A stretch of DNA of 64,000 nt. Source: Nitrososphaeraceae archaeon. Its GTDB lineage: Archaea > Thermoproteota > Nitrososphaeria > Nitrososphaerales > Nitrososphaeraceae. The position numbers were made by a program, and so were the translations under genes. The notes below the pieces were generated by a model. It saw only the letters and a program-made list of their open reading frames with translations. It was not told where the DNA came from and made no database searches. Shown in pieces: positions 44,527-54,904 of the stretch. Each line of letters begins with the position of its first letter. Position 1 is the stretch's first letter. The DNA is taken from the NCBI GenBank assembly GCA_035250975.1, contig DATFEP010000014.1, positions 32,001 to 96,000 of the forward strand, in the 5' to 3' direction.

Positions 44527-44710
44527 ATAATATAAATTCTTTGTAAAATTTATAATCTCTTTAAAATATGCAATATAGTGATTTGGTAGAGAACAATATT
44601 AAAATTTAAAAGAGATATAGCGAAAATCAAGAGATACTGGCCATCTATTAGAAAAATGTTTTCCAAAACAATTAAAAAAAGGCACGAGATATTAACATGA
44701 CAGAGTAACA

Positions 44711-45808
44711 CTGATTAATAGGTTTAATTTCATATTTGGGGTATTATTAATTTCGATTCTTGGCATAATTTTTTCCAATCTCGAAATTCCCTCAGCTGAC
44801 GCAGCGAAAAAATCCTTTAAATCCAAGAGTAAAAAATCTAAATCCGATTTCAAAAAGTCCGATTTCAAGTCCAAGAGTAAAAAATCTAAATCCGATTTCA
44901 AGAAATACGATAAAAAAATTAAAGATAAAAAGTTCAAACCAAGCAGCATTTCTCAAGGTTCTTCTTTACCTTCTTTTAAGCCAGCAAATATCAAGGATCT
45001 GGATACAGATAAAATCAAGAGTCTGGATAAAGGTAAAATCAAGAGTCTGGATAAAGATAAACTCGATAACTTTGCCGGTATTTCACAGTTACCATATTTT
45101 CCTAATTGCGGAAAACAAGGAACCTGTATAGACATTGGGGACGGAATCAACATTGATGATGAAATTGACATTGATGGCGATGTGGATATCGACTGGGATA
45201 ATGACTGGGATGTCGACTGGGATAATATAGATGTTGACATCGATGAAGATATAGATGTTGACATCGATGATGATGACGTAGATATCGTGGTTAAAGATAA
45301 TGACGATGATGACGATGATGACGATGATGACGATGATGACGATTATGACGATGATGACGAAGATATTACATATGTCTATAATTATGGATATCAGGATTCA
45401 AGTTATCAAGAACCGTATGGATATGAATATGGTATATTTCCTGTTCAAGAAGACACAAGTCCCCAACAATCTTATGTGGAATCTGAGGTACAGAGAATAG
45501 TTAATGAAGGATCCTTTAAACTTCAGTTGGTGGACTCTGGAAAACCTTTCACCCCTGTAAACAATACTGGATATATACTTCTAGGAGCTAACCAAGGAAC
45601 AAATAATGAACTTGAAATATCAAATGGTTCTAATGGTCAACTTATCGTACTAACTGGCGCAGATGATTCAAGACCTGTAAAGATATCAAATATAGGAAAC
45701 ATAAAACTCGATCTAAATGAAGCAATACTAGGTAAAAATGATGCATTAGTACTTGCATACTTGGATCAATCAACTTCATGGGTCCAGATAGCATCCAAGT
45801 TTGTATAG
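44711..45808 (+). CDS. Secreted low-complexity protein: Lys/Ser block, Asp-rich block, Tyr-rich linker, C-terminal beta domain (about 365 aa; start codon uncertain, CTG 44711)
   Basis: Frame of the ORF-track 45182 call is open back to TAA at 44693-44695 and encodes a signal peptide LINRFNFIFGVLLISILGIIFSNLEIPSADA|AKKS. Confidence 0.75.
   Translation: MINRFNFIFGVLLISILGIIFSNLEIPSADAAKKSFKSKSKKSKSDFKKSDFKSKSKKSKSDFKKYDKKIKDKKFKPSSISQGSSLPSFKPANIKDLDTDKIKSLDKGKIKSLDKDKLDNFAGISQLPYFPNCGKQGTCIDIGDGINIDDEIDIDGDVDIDWDNDWDVDWDNIDVDIDEDIDVDIDDDDVDIVVKDNDDDDDDDDDDDDDDYDDDDEDITYVYNYGYQDSSYQEPYGYEYGIFPVQEDTSPQQSYVESEVQRIVNEGSFKLQLVDSGKPFTPVNNTGYILLGANQGTNNELEISNGSNGQLIVLTGADDSRPVKISNIGNIKLDLNEAILGKNDALVLAYLDQSTSWVQIASKFV
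44822..45360 (+). repeat. Coding repeats: 48-bp period (SKSKKSKSDFK), 24-bp period (KIKSLDK; IDVDID) and a gac/gat poly-Asp tract
   Basis: tccaagagtaaaaaatctaaatccgatttcaa at 44822 and 44870; aaaatcaagagtctggataaag twice; gacgatgat run around 45300-45360. Confidence 0.9.
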
Positions 45809-46644
45809 ACTCCAACAATAAATACCTTAAGGTAAATACAAAATAATTTTTTTTAATCATATGTAAATTGAATTATATTGGTAATGGAAGTAGAAAAATA
45901 TTGTTATGTTATTTTAATTTTGATAATCGTCATATAGATAATAAATATGAGCGGTTATTTTTTTAGTGCAGCATTTTCTGAAATATGTTCATTTCTCTAA
46001 GTGAGAAATGAAGGATTTCTCCTTGGGTATAGAAGCTGATGTCTGTAAAAACAGCACATGAAAGAAAATTTTCATCACCATGTCTTAAAAAAAAGAAAAA
46101 TGAATTTTAATTAGGTCATATAATATTGGTATATGTAAATACTCTAGATGTATTTAGATGAATTCAGAGCAAATCTCAAGTCAAATTGAAATCTAAACTC
46201 GAATTATTATCTTGTGTATCTTCATCATTGTTTATTGTTTAAAAAATAATTAATGTAATCATGCGTCACATTTTTGTCACCAAAATTCAGATTATATTTT
46301 TAAAAAATTGATTATTCTGGATTTTAAAAATTGGCTTTCATTGTAGTGTGATCGGAGTGGCAAAAAACAACAAAATATTAAAATCTTATTTTAATTAGTC
46401 TATATAGTAGAAAAATAAAAAAGTTATTTAGCTTTTTACATACCTATTAACTAATTTTATATTTTTTACATCTATGCCAAAAAGAACAGCAAAATATTTT
46501 GTTAAGAGCAATATATGAATTCTTGTATATTCATAAAGTGTGCCAATAATCAGGATCGAGATCTTCATAGCGATTGATCAGAATTTCAGGCCTCCAGATA
46601 ATCGTATCTAATAGCAGAGCTCATTTTAAAAAATAATACATCTT

Positions 46645-47361
46645 TTAGTCGATTTCCTTTCCTATATCGTCTATATCTATCTTGTCTTGAGACGATCCTG
46701 TGCCAAATTTTTCTAGATGAGATTTAATCTTAGTTGGTTGGGCGAAAATTTCCATATCATCATGATAACTTTCAATTACTTCACAATTGTTATTTTGAAC
46801 ATCGCCATCATCGAGATCGAAATCTATTACAATATCAAAGTTTTCACCACAATCAAAAGTGTCCGCCCCTTTTCCACCAATCAATACATCAGTACCCAGG
46901 CCTCCATAAAGTTCATCATCACCTTTTCCTCCCACTAATAAGTTTGAACCTATACTAACCTTTAGAATATCATTACCAGGACCTCCGAATATCTTATCGT
47001 CGCCTCCCGCGCCTGAAATTTTATCATTCCCGTCATCCCCATAGAGTACATCATTACCCTCTGAGCCTTGAATAACATCATCTTTTTCAAGGCCTCTGAT
47101 AAGATCCCCTGTAGAACAACCACCAGGTCCTGTATTAAGTGGTGAAAATGCACAACCCACTATTACGTCATTACATTTTGTCCCAATAGTTGTAGTACGA
47201 GTACCTATTATGACATCGGCATCTTTCTTATCACAATCTTCCTTGGCTAGTACGTAGACTACAAGTTGTTCAGAAAATATCATAAAAGAAAATATTGTTG
47301 CTATAATTACTATTGAAATCACAATTTTATAACAAGACATTAAAGAAAAAACATTAATCAA
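46645..47361 (-). CDS. Secreted calcium-binding protein with RTX/hemolysin-type nonapeptide repeats
   Basis: GSEGNDVLYGDDGNDKISGAGGDDKIFGGPGNDIL...GGKGDDELYGGLGTDVLIGGKGADTF. Confidence 0.92.
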   Translation of the reverse strand: MINVFSLMSCYKIVISIVIIATIFSFMIFSEQLVVYVLAKEDCDKKDADVIIGTRTTTIGTKCNDVIVGCAFSPLNTGPGGCSTGDLIRGLEKDDVIQGSEGNDVLYGDDGNDKISGAGGDDKIFGGPGNDILKVSIGSNLLVGGKGDDELYGGLGTDVLIGGKGADTFDCGENFDIVIDFDLDDGDVQNNNCEVIESYHDDMEIFAQPTKIKSHLEKFGTGSSQDKIDIDDIGKEID

Positions 47362-47789
47362 GCAATCTCTCCTTTGTTGAGAGGATCATATTTAAAAAGT
47401 ATTCTCAACGTTATTCTATCAAAAAAATAGCTAAAAATTATCATTATTTTACTCTATAAAATATTTCCAAAAAAAGAGTGTAATGAATCTCGTACAATTA
47501 TACTAGATTAATTTTATTCTAAAATCCTGTTATTGCTCTATGTCAATAGTATAGCGCAAAAGTAAAAGATAGACATTACCTTGAAATATTACTATACTCT
47601 ATATTGCCAACTTATCTTTTTTTCCATTAATAAAATCATTTGTTCTGAATATGTGGCAAGACGTGAATGTTTGGTAAATAGGTCACGTATGATATATAAT
47701 TTTATACTACTTATTATCCACTACTATAATTTTTCAAATAAAAAATATATGAAAATTTTTCAAATTTTTATACTTTAGGCTTTGTTAGC

Positions 47790-48305
47790 TTACATTACTT
47801 TTTCTTCAACTAAATTCTTAGCGTGAGCCTTTAACAGTTTTTGTAAAACTTCAGCAGCAAAATAACCTTTGACACTTTCTTTCAGGTCTAAAGCGGATAT
47901 TCCTTCAGCTAAAGCAGTGAATTTTGGATGCTTTGCTTTGAAGTCTGCTACCTTTGCTTGAATCTGTTCGTCTGTCATCATTTCTTCTAATGATGAACCA
48001 GTTTGATTGCCCACTTTTTCTTCAACTATATTCTTAACATGGAATTTTAGCATTTTTTGTATACCTCCAGCTGCCATGTATGCTTTGACAGTTTCTTTCA
48101 AGTCTAGGTTGGGTATTTCCTCAACTATGGCAGCAAATTTTGGATGCTTTGTCTTGAATTCCGTTATTTTTGTCTTGATCTCCTCTTCTGTCACTGTGTA
48201 GTCCATAGAGTCAGCTTGTGCAATTGCATTTCTAGGGACAGATGTAAGTACAGCTGCACTCACTAACATGATTCCTATAGTTATGAAGATTGATACATTT
48301 TTCAT
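47790..48305 (-). CDS. Secreted protein with two tandem copies of a ~65-aa helical domain
   Basis: TEEEIKTKITEFKTKHPKF...LDLKETVK...HVKNIVEEKV and TDEQIQAKVADFKAKHPKF...LDLKESVK...HAKNLVEEKV; start ATG 48305 by alignment with 9156. Confidence 0.85.
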   Translation of the reverse strand: MKNVSIFITIGIMLVSAAVLTSVPRNAIAQADSMDYTVTEEEIKTKITEFKTKHPKFAAIVEEIPNLDLKETVKAYMAAGGIQKMLKFHVKNIVEEKVGNQTGSSLEEMMTDEQIQAKVADFKAKHPKFTALAEGISALDLKESVKGYFAAEVLQKLLKAHAKNLVEEKVM

Positions 48306-48349
48306 GGTAGAAATACAATAAATATTGTACAATAAAAAACTAATCAATA

Positions 48350-48365
48350 TTCTCTATATAGAGAA
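48350..48365. promoter_or_regulatory. 16-bp perfect palindrome TTCTCTATATAGAGAA upstream of the 47790-48305 gene
   Basis: Seen directly; an imperfect copy (ttttctataaagagaa) lies upstream of the paralog at about 9094-9109. Confidence 0.45.
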
Positions 48366-48392
48366 ATATATTCATTTCATGAAAAACTAACA

Positions 48393-49463
48393 TCATTTTT
48401 CTCTTCGATTCTCTTTATTGCTTTTATTTTTAGTTATCAAATCTTTAAGAATATCAGTCATATTATCCTTTAATATCTCATATTGATCCTGGGTTATCTT
48501 TCCCCGAATAAATTCATGTTTTGTAATTCTAATATTTTTCATCATATTTTTAATAGAATTATCAAGATCCTCGGAATCTTGTTCTTTAAGAATATTTTTT
48601 AGAAAGGTATTTGCATTTCGTTTTTGGATATACTCCTTAGTAAGCCTAGTAATAGACGGAATAAAAAAGCTGAATACAGCTCCAATAAATACTGCAATAT
48701 ATTGAGATGGAATTTCACTGAAATTTATTAAGGGAATCTTTCCCTGAACTTTAAAATTCAGGTAAACTATCTTGTTATATATGTGTTCATACGTTAGTGA
48801 ATTATTAAAATCTGAGTTGGTAAAATCGTTTTCTCTGATAACACTATATGATAGATTCAAAGGAATAACAATATTTTTTTGTATATCATTAGTATTGACG
48901 ATAATGTCCAGGGGAAGTGCTCCCTTTCCATCCAACATATTAAAGTGATTTCCTTGACTGAATTTAATTAACACATGATTATCAGAGAGACTTTTATTCA
49001 GCATTTCCGCCTTCACATTTAAATTATATAAACCAGTATTATTAAATCCAAGAACTATCGAGTTCTGACCCTTAGCAATATCTATTGTTTTATCGTTTAC
49101 AATCAAATCTGGATGTGGAATATGTATTTTTCCAAAGATATTGGAGAATTTGTATTCTTCTGATTTTCTTCCAGCCTCAATTAATAAGGCATAATTTAAA
49201 GGATAATTTATTTGACCAAGATCCAAAGTAATCTTCAATCCGTCTGGGATGATTGATATATATTTTTCATTGACTTCAGAGGAAAAGAATAATGGCTGAA
49301 ACTCGTAGTCTAGAAGTTCATATCCCTTTATTACCCAGTCAAGTTTTCCAAATATATCTTTAGAATTCGAAGTTCTTGTTATTATTTCTTCTATCTCTTC
49401 TCCCTCGAGAATCTCTGGAAAAAAATCTGGATGTTTGTGTAGGTACATTTGGTCAAGATGCAT
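48393..49463 (-). CDS. Hypothetical membrane protein, single TM near the C-terminus
   Basis: 356-aa ORF; YIAVFIGAVFSFFIP TM followed by a helical tail. Confidence 0.65.
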   Translation of the reverse strand: MHLDQMYLHKHPDFFPEILEGEEIEEIITRTSNSKDIFGKLDWVIKGYELLDYEFQPLFFSSEVNEKYISIIPDGLKITLDLGQINYPLNYALLIEAGRKSEEYKFSNIFGKIHIPHPDLIVNDKTIDIAKGQNSIVLGFNNTGLYNLNVKAEMLNKSLSDNHVLIKFSQGNHFNMLDGKGALPLDIIVNTNDIQKNIVIPLNLSYSVIRENDFTNSDFNNSLTYEHIYNKIVYLNFKVQGKIPLINFSEIPSQYIAVFIGAVFSFFIPSITRLTKEYIQKRNANTFLKNILKEQDSEDLDNSIKNMMKNIRITKHEFIRGKITQDQYEILKDNMTDILKDLITKNKSNKENRREK

Positions 49464-49660
49464 GTTAGAATAGGAGATTTACAGCAAAATCCATTTTGTT
49501 AACTTAACAGGCTCACATATATACATAAGTGCATACTATTTCAATCTGATATACATGAATGTAAATTCTAAGTGTATTCATATTTGGAGTATTATTTCTC
49601 CTTACTTTAAGTCTGGCAGTTATACCCTCGTTTAAGACATTCAATTTCAGTTATGCGCAA

Positions 49661-50597
49661 ATGACAGAAGGAAAGGATACACCTCCTAATATTATATTAT
49701 TTATTGGTGACGATTTTGGTTACTCGGATATAGATGCATTTGGTGGCGAGATATCAACATCAAATCTGGATAACTTAGCAAAGAACGGAAAAATTTTAAC
49801 AAATTACCATACAGTTCCTGTGTGTTCTCCGGCGAGAGTCGCATTGCTAACTGGTGTAGACCACAATATAGGCGGAGCAGGATCGATGTATGAATTGATT
49901 GCTGAGAACCAGATAGGAAAACCAGGTTATTAAACTTGGATAAACGATAAAGTTGTTACTGTTGCTCAACTACTACGTGATTCTGGCTATCACACATATT
50001 TGTCAGGGAAATCGCATCTTTCCGGCAATCACTTTCAAAATGCAACTTGGCCATATGATAAAGGATTTGAACAAAGTCTGACCTTGCTAAACGGTGGAGC
50101 TAATCACTTTAATGATTTTTCAGAGATTCCATTAGAGAAGATAACATTCGCAGAAAATGATCAAGGAATAGATGTAACAAGAACTATAGAATCACAAATA
50201 GTTTATGATTTAGCAGACACGGTTGCAAAATAATTCCGAGACCAGGCAATAAAACACTATATTCCAATGAACTCTATACTGACAAAATGATAGAATTCCT
50301 CAAGAATTCTACTTGCGGAAAACCACTCTTTGCTTACCTATCCTTCCAAGTTGCACATTCGCCATTTCAGTCACCACAAGAGTCAGTGACCAAGTACGAG
50401 AAGATAAAACAGCGTTGGATGGGACACAATAAGGGAAGATAGATTTAAAAAGCAGCAGGATCTAGGATTTTGGAACATAGATATGAAATTACCTGACAGA
50501 ATCCTGCCAAACCAGCCCTGGGAAGAGCTCACACAAGAACAGAAAGACTATGCATCCAGAATATTAGCCGTACGAGCTGCAATGATAGAAAATTAGT
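49661..50597 (+). pseudogene. Arylsulfatase pseudogene (paralog of 54905-56713), 3'-truncated
   Basis: PNIILFIGDDFGYSD, CSPAR, GY* (TAA 49931), SGKSHL, 65-bp insertion, YTDKM, FQVAHSPFQ, GWDTIRE, ends AAMIEN*. Confidence 0.9.
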
Positions 50598-51534
50598 TCT
50601 GAAACTCCTGTATCTTAACATGGCAGGTCGGTTCTGCTAACACCAAGATATCCAACTTGTATAGACTCCGCTGCTCCTATAAAAAACAATCTGCATTTCA
50701 TTTTCTCTTTTTTTAGGATTATGAGTATACATATTGCTAAAATAAATAATAAACATAGAATACATTCTATTACCAAGAGGAACAAAATCAACTTTTAATG
50801 ATCATTTTGTTAGTATCTTGAAATAAAGTAATTCGATGGTTTTTAAAGCTATTATAAAGAGAAGTCAATAGTAGATCTTATATAACAAACTCTCTAAGGT
50901 TTACGATTTAAGATATCAATGGTATTTTCACATTTGTACATATATTTCATAGAGTAGAAATCAATGGTATTTACAGGGATTTTGTATCACAAGCATATGA
51001 GAAATTAGTATTTGATTTTGTTGTTCTTGCAATCAGATGTTAAATACATTTGGAAACAAATTTAGCAAGAAACAGCAAAAAACAATATCAAATAATCTAT
51101 AAAAGGATCAGCTAACCTGTATATCCATCCAACAAACGAAACCTTATTGTAGTAACATTGGTGAGTAAAAAAGGTTGGTAAGTCGAATAAAAAATAGATA
51201 TAACTAAAGGAAATTTCCCTGTATTCAACAAAGCATACTAATGATGTAGTTATTGTAGATTGCCTCAATTAAATAGTATTATGAATTCATATGACATAGA
51301 AATAATAAACAATCATCCGGATACATAAAGATTGGTGATAATAAAACATCTATTCCATCCTAGAAGACCAAGTACCAATCATTGTAAACTTTCCCATCAA
51401 TTAGTCTCATAATATCATACAATGTTGTATCATACCGATAGATAAAATATCAAATATGACACAGCAGTTATATTTGTATAAAGTAATACGTTCAACGGAG
51501 ACTTTTACATATATGAGCAAGCAATCAACTACTA

Positions 51535-52080
51535 TTGATAAAGTTTGAAACCATCGAAAATATATACAAGTATTTAATTTGTAACGATATGAAGCCAGAC
51601 ATCAATATAGAATCTACTTTAGTAGTATTGATAGTTCTCACTCTTTCCGTAACTATAGTACAGTTTGAATATGCAAATACACAAACTATTAGTTCAAGTG
51701 ATCATAAAGAGCTTATAAAAGAATTTAAAACAGGAAAGGACAATATTCAAAAAGACATTCAGGTTTATTTCAATCAATTAATTAATGAAGTTAAATCACA
51801 ACTAAATTTTAGTTCGGTCGATTCACATCTTTCATTGGCATCTCAACATCTTGTAAATGGAAGAATATCTGAAGGATTATCTGAATTGGAAACTGCAAAT
51901 CAAGAATGGAAGAATTCCAGTATAACAATTATTAAAACAGGAAATGAATTTGTTTCTTTTGCTAAAAGTAATTCGACATCTATGAGTGATAGTACAAGCG
52001 AGATTTTAGATCATTTCGGAAATATTTTAGTAAACTTGGGAAAGAAAATTGAAAATTTGAGAATTGAACTTTCTAATTGA
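51535..52080 (+). CDS. Secreted helical hypothetical protein
   Basis: Hydrophobic signal then amphipathic helices; true start likely downstream (MKPDIN...). Confidence 0.65.
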   Translation: MIKFETIENIYKYLICNDMKPDINIESTLVVLIVLTLSVTIVQFEYANTQTISSSDHKELIKEFKTGKDNIQKDIQVYFNQLINEVKSQLNFSSVDSHLSLASQHLVNGRISEGLSELETANQEWKNSSITIIKTGNEFVSFAKSNSTSMSDSTSEILDHFGNILVNLGKKIENLRIELSN

Positions 52081-52175
52081 ATTACATCTAATTATATACA
52101 GTGAGATTATTATTTTAATAGTTTGAAAATATGTTAATCAGAATTGTCTTTACATCTTAATATGAGAAGATACAC

Positions 52176-52385
52176 ATGTTGAATCTATATGAAAAAGAAA
52201 TTGAAATAATAGATGTAAATTATAGTTATAAATTTATTAGTGAAAGAGAATCCAAATCAACATCTAAAATTATTGTAAATGTAAGTCCGAATGTAGACAG
52301 ATATAATTATAGTATTAACAATATGATGTTTGGTATTAAAGTTACTGAGGATGAAGCTGGTAAATTGATCATAATTGATAATTAA
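52176..52385 (+). CDS. Hypothetical protein, possibly truncated by the adjacent IS6 remnant
   Basis: 69-aa ORF ending where the transposase fragment begins. Confidence 0.35.
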   Translation: MLNLYEKEIEIIDVNYSYKFISERESKSTSKIIVNVSPNVDRYNYSINNMMFGIKVTEDEAGKLIIIDN

Positions 52386-52731
52386 AAACCTAAAAGAATT
52401 TTTTAGATCTTTTGTATCAACCTATGGAAAACATATCGCATACACAGATGGAGGTACATGGTATGATGAAGCATCTGAAATAATTGGATTAAAACATTAT
52501 TTGCATTCGTCGGTGGAGAAAAGTTTGATGGAAAGAGTCAACCAGTATTTCAAAGATATAATAGAATTGAAAGTTTTGACGATTACTATCCATGTATGCA
52601 GAAAGAAGAGTGTAATCTATTTCATGTACATAACTGGATACGATTCTTTGTATCCATGTATAATGATACAATAACAAATAATAATTATGATTATGAGTTA
52701 GAGGAGGTGAATATTATCTTAAATTAAGAGC
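52385..52731 (+). mobile_element. IS6-family transposase 3' remnant
   Basis: YGKH-x-x-YTDGGTWYDEA...LKH...KSLMERVNQYFKD [frameshift] IESFDDYYPC...CNLFHVHNWIRFFVSMYN; ends near ...agagcc. Confidence 0.85.
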
Positions 52732-53034
52732 CGCTAACTCTATTTGACCTAATGAAAACATGGCAGATATCTGTTAATTTCTTGTAAAATTATTGCTATT
52801 CTTTTTCTATGACATGTATTGAGCTTTTTCATTAGTTCCTATGTAAGATAACAATAAATTTTGGATTTCTATTTTTTCGTCTTCCTATATTCTTGCATAT
52901 AGATTGAAACATTTTAGTGTATAAAAACTTTAGATTGGGGTCTATCTGTTTATTTTACTCTAAAAGCACTTTCTTTTATGACTAAAAGCTTGAAAACTCC
53001 GAGAGTAACAAACATACTTTTTCTGGTACGTAAG

Positions 53035-53178
53035 TGATCGGTCATCAAAAGATTATTTGGTGAATATATTAGATCTAGATTATTGAAAACACAGAGAAGA
53101 GAAATAATGTTTAGATCTATTGCATACAAAGTTCATATAATGATAAATGTTATTGTTACAAGATAGTTTCTAGGGACC
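53035..53178 (+). mobile_element. Transposase C-terminal remnant (IS5-like DDE) with a possible terminal repeat
   Basis: SVIKRLFGEYIRSRLLKTQRREIMFRSIAYK followed by gtttctagggacc. Confidence 0.6.
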
Positions 53179-53212
53179 AAAATATTATCTATTTCGATTA
53201 TTATCGTAGATT

Positions 53213-53617
53213 ATGGAAGATATGATTGGAATGCTTTGCACAATTTTTTGGAATAGATCCCAAGATCGCTGGTTTAGGGGTCAATGGTGCAACCAAAATC
53301 TTTCTTCAAAAATCTCCTCCCAAGTCTGCTTCTGGTCTTCTATCTGCTTTACCGAAAAATATTACTGACCAATTTGATGACAATGATAAACAAAGATTTA
53401 AAACAACGCAAGATAATGTAAATCGTTATGATTTGGTAAAGGAGTTGTCAGAAATAACAGGTATAAAAGATATCGACAATTAGATAATTTTGCTGATACT
53501 ATTTTGGAGAGTATAAAGCAAAATACCTGGATTGATTTAAGTGATGGTCTTGACAAAGAAGAATTGTTACAAGGATTAAAAGATTTATCAAGACAGCAAC
53601 AATCTCGTCAATTTTAA
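53213..53617 (+). pseudogene. Frameshifted hypothetical protein
   Basis: MEDMIGML [frameshift] AQFFGIDPKIAG...GIKDID [frameshift] LDNFADTILESIKQ...DGLDKEELLQGLKDLSRQQQSRQF*. Confidence 0.6.
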
Positions 53618-53816
53618 TTCTTAATAATCTCTTTTTTTATAAAAGTTCTTTAAGTATGTGTATAGTATATCACTATATTATTTATGGATAACAAATATAA
53701 CATATTTAATGATATTTTACCAATATTGTTAAATAACTAATTTGTCTTCAATAAAGATTAAAATGGGCTTTTATGCGCATATCAATACTTATTAATACTA
53801 AATAATAATCTAGTTT

Positions 53817-54545
53817 GTGAATAACAATAACCAGGCCAAGAATATATCAAATAATGTTAGTGGTAAATCAAGGTCCAATCTGAGACATAAATATTTAGTA
53901 GAAATTGTTGGTACATTTATTTTAGTTTATGCCATTGCGTCTGCTGCTACTGTTTATTCAGACAGTGGACAATTAGGAGTAATTGGAATAGGATTAGTAC
54001 ATGCATTAGTACTAACAGCAATCATATACGCTATTGGTTATCGTTCTGGTGCTCAGGTTAATCCTGCTGTTACAATCGGTTTATTAGTAGCAAGAAAAAT
54101 TGGAGGAAAAGAGGCAGCATTATACATAATATGTCAGTTAATTGGAGCCGTATTAGGTGCTGCTGTTGTATATGCAATGTTTGGTTCTGCAATGGCAGCA
54201 AGTGTAACTTTACCATCAGAGAATAATGTAATGAGAGCTTTTATTCTAGAAACAGTAATGACATTTACTTTAGTATATGTAGTTTTAGCTACTACTACTG
54301 CTAAAAATTTCAAAATTGCACCATTGGCAGGAGTTGCAATAGGCTTTACACTTGGATTTAATGTAATATTTGGTGGATCTATAACCGGTGGTTCTCTTAA
54401 TCCTGCTAGATCATTTGGTCCTGCTTTGATGACTGGAAATTTTGATTTTAACTGGCTTTATTGGGTTGCTCCAATCATGGGAGGCATAATAGCAGCAGGC
54501 ATATATAAAACACTACATAGAGACTCAGATCTTGCTTTAGAATAG
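53817..54545 (+). CDS. MIP-family aquaporin
   Basis: SGAQVNPAVT and GGSLNPARSFGP boxes, six TMs, WLYWVAP. Confidence 0.95.
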   Translation: MNNNNQAKNISNNVSGKSRSNLRHKYLVEIVGTFILVYAIASAATVYSDSGQLGVIGIGLVHALVLTAIIYAIGYRSGAQVNPAVTIGLLVARKIGGKEAALYIICQLIGAVLGAAVVYAMFGSAMAASVTLPSENNVMRAFILETVMTFTLVYVVLATTTAKNFKIAPLAGVAIGFTLGFNVIFGGSITGGSLNPARSFGPALMTGNFDFNWLYWVAPIMGGIIAAGIYKTLHRDSDLALE

Positions 54546-54904
54546 CAAAGTAACAAAATCAATTATTTTTAATAGATCATCACCTGGTAAATAACATGGT
54601 TTCTGCCTGCAATGACTATGCGAACTAGACACAAATAATAGAACCAGATTTTAGTCCAGAAACTTAGATGAAACTTCTATAAAGGTCTAGACAAGAACAA
54701 TTAAGAAAATACCATTTTTTAGTTTTTATTCTTAATTTCAATTACTTTTGTTTTCATTTTCATATTTAATGGTTAGAACATAAAAAAAGTATCCTTCATT
54801 ACCACGTAAAAAGTCATGTAAATATATATTATATATAGATAATATAGAAAATAGATATCGTTATAGGTAAAATATATATTACTTTTTCCTTGATGGTTAT
54901 TTAA

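Noticed and set aside
44692-45500. ORF-track calls 44692-44949(-), 44953-45264(-) and 45300-45500(+, MTMMTMM)
   Set aside because: Antisense or alternate-frame shadows of the low-complexity plus-strand gene
50700-51500. ORF 51062-51268(-) and a 13-bp direct repeat atcaatggtattt
   Set aside because: No coherent frame or motif; probably degraded DNA
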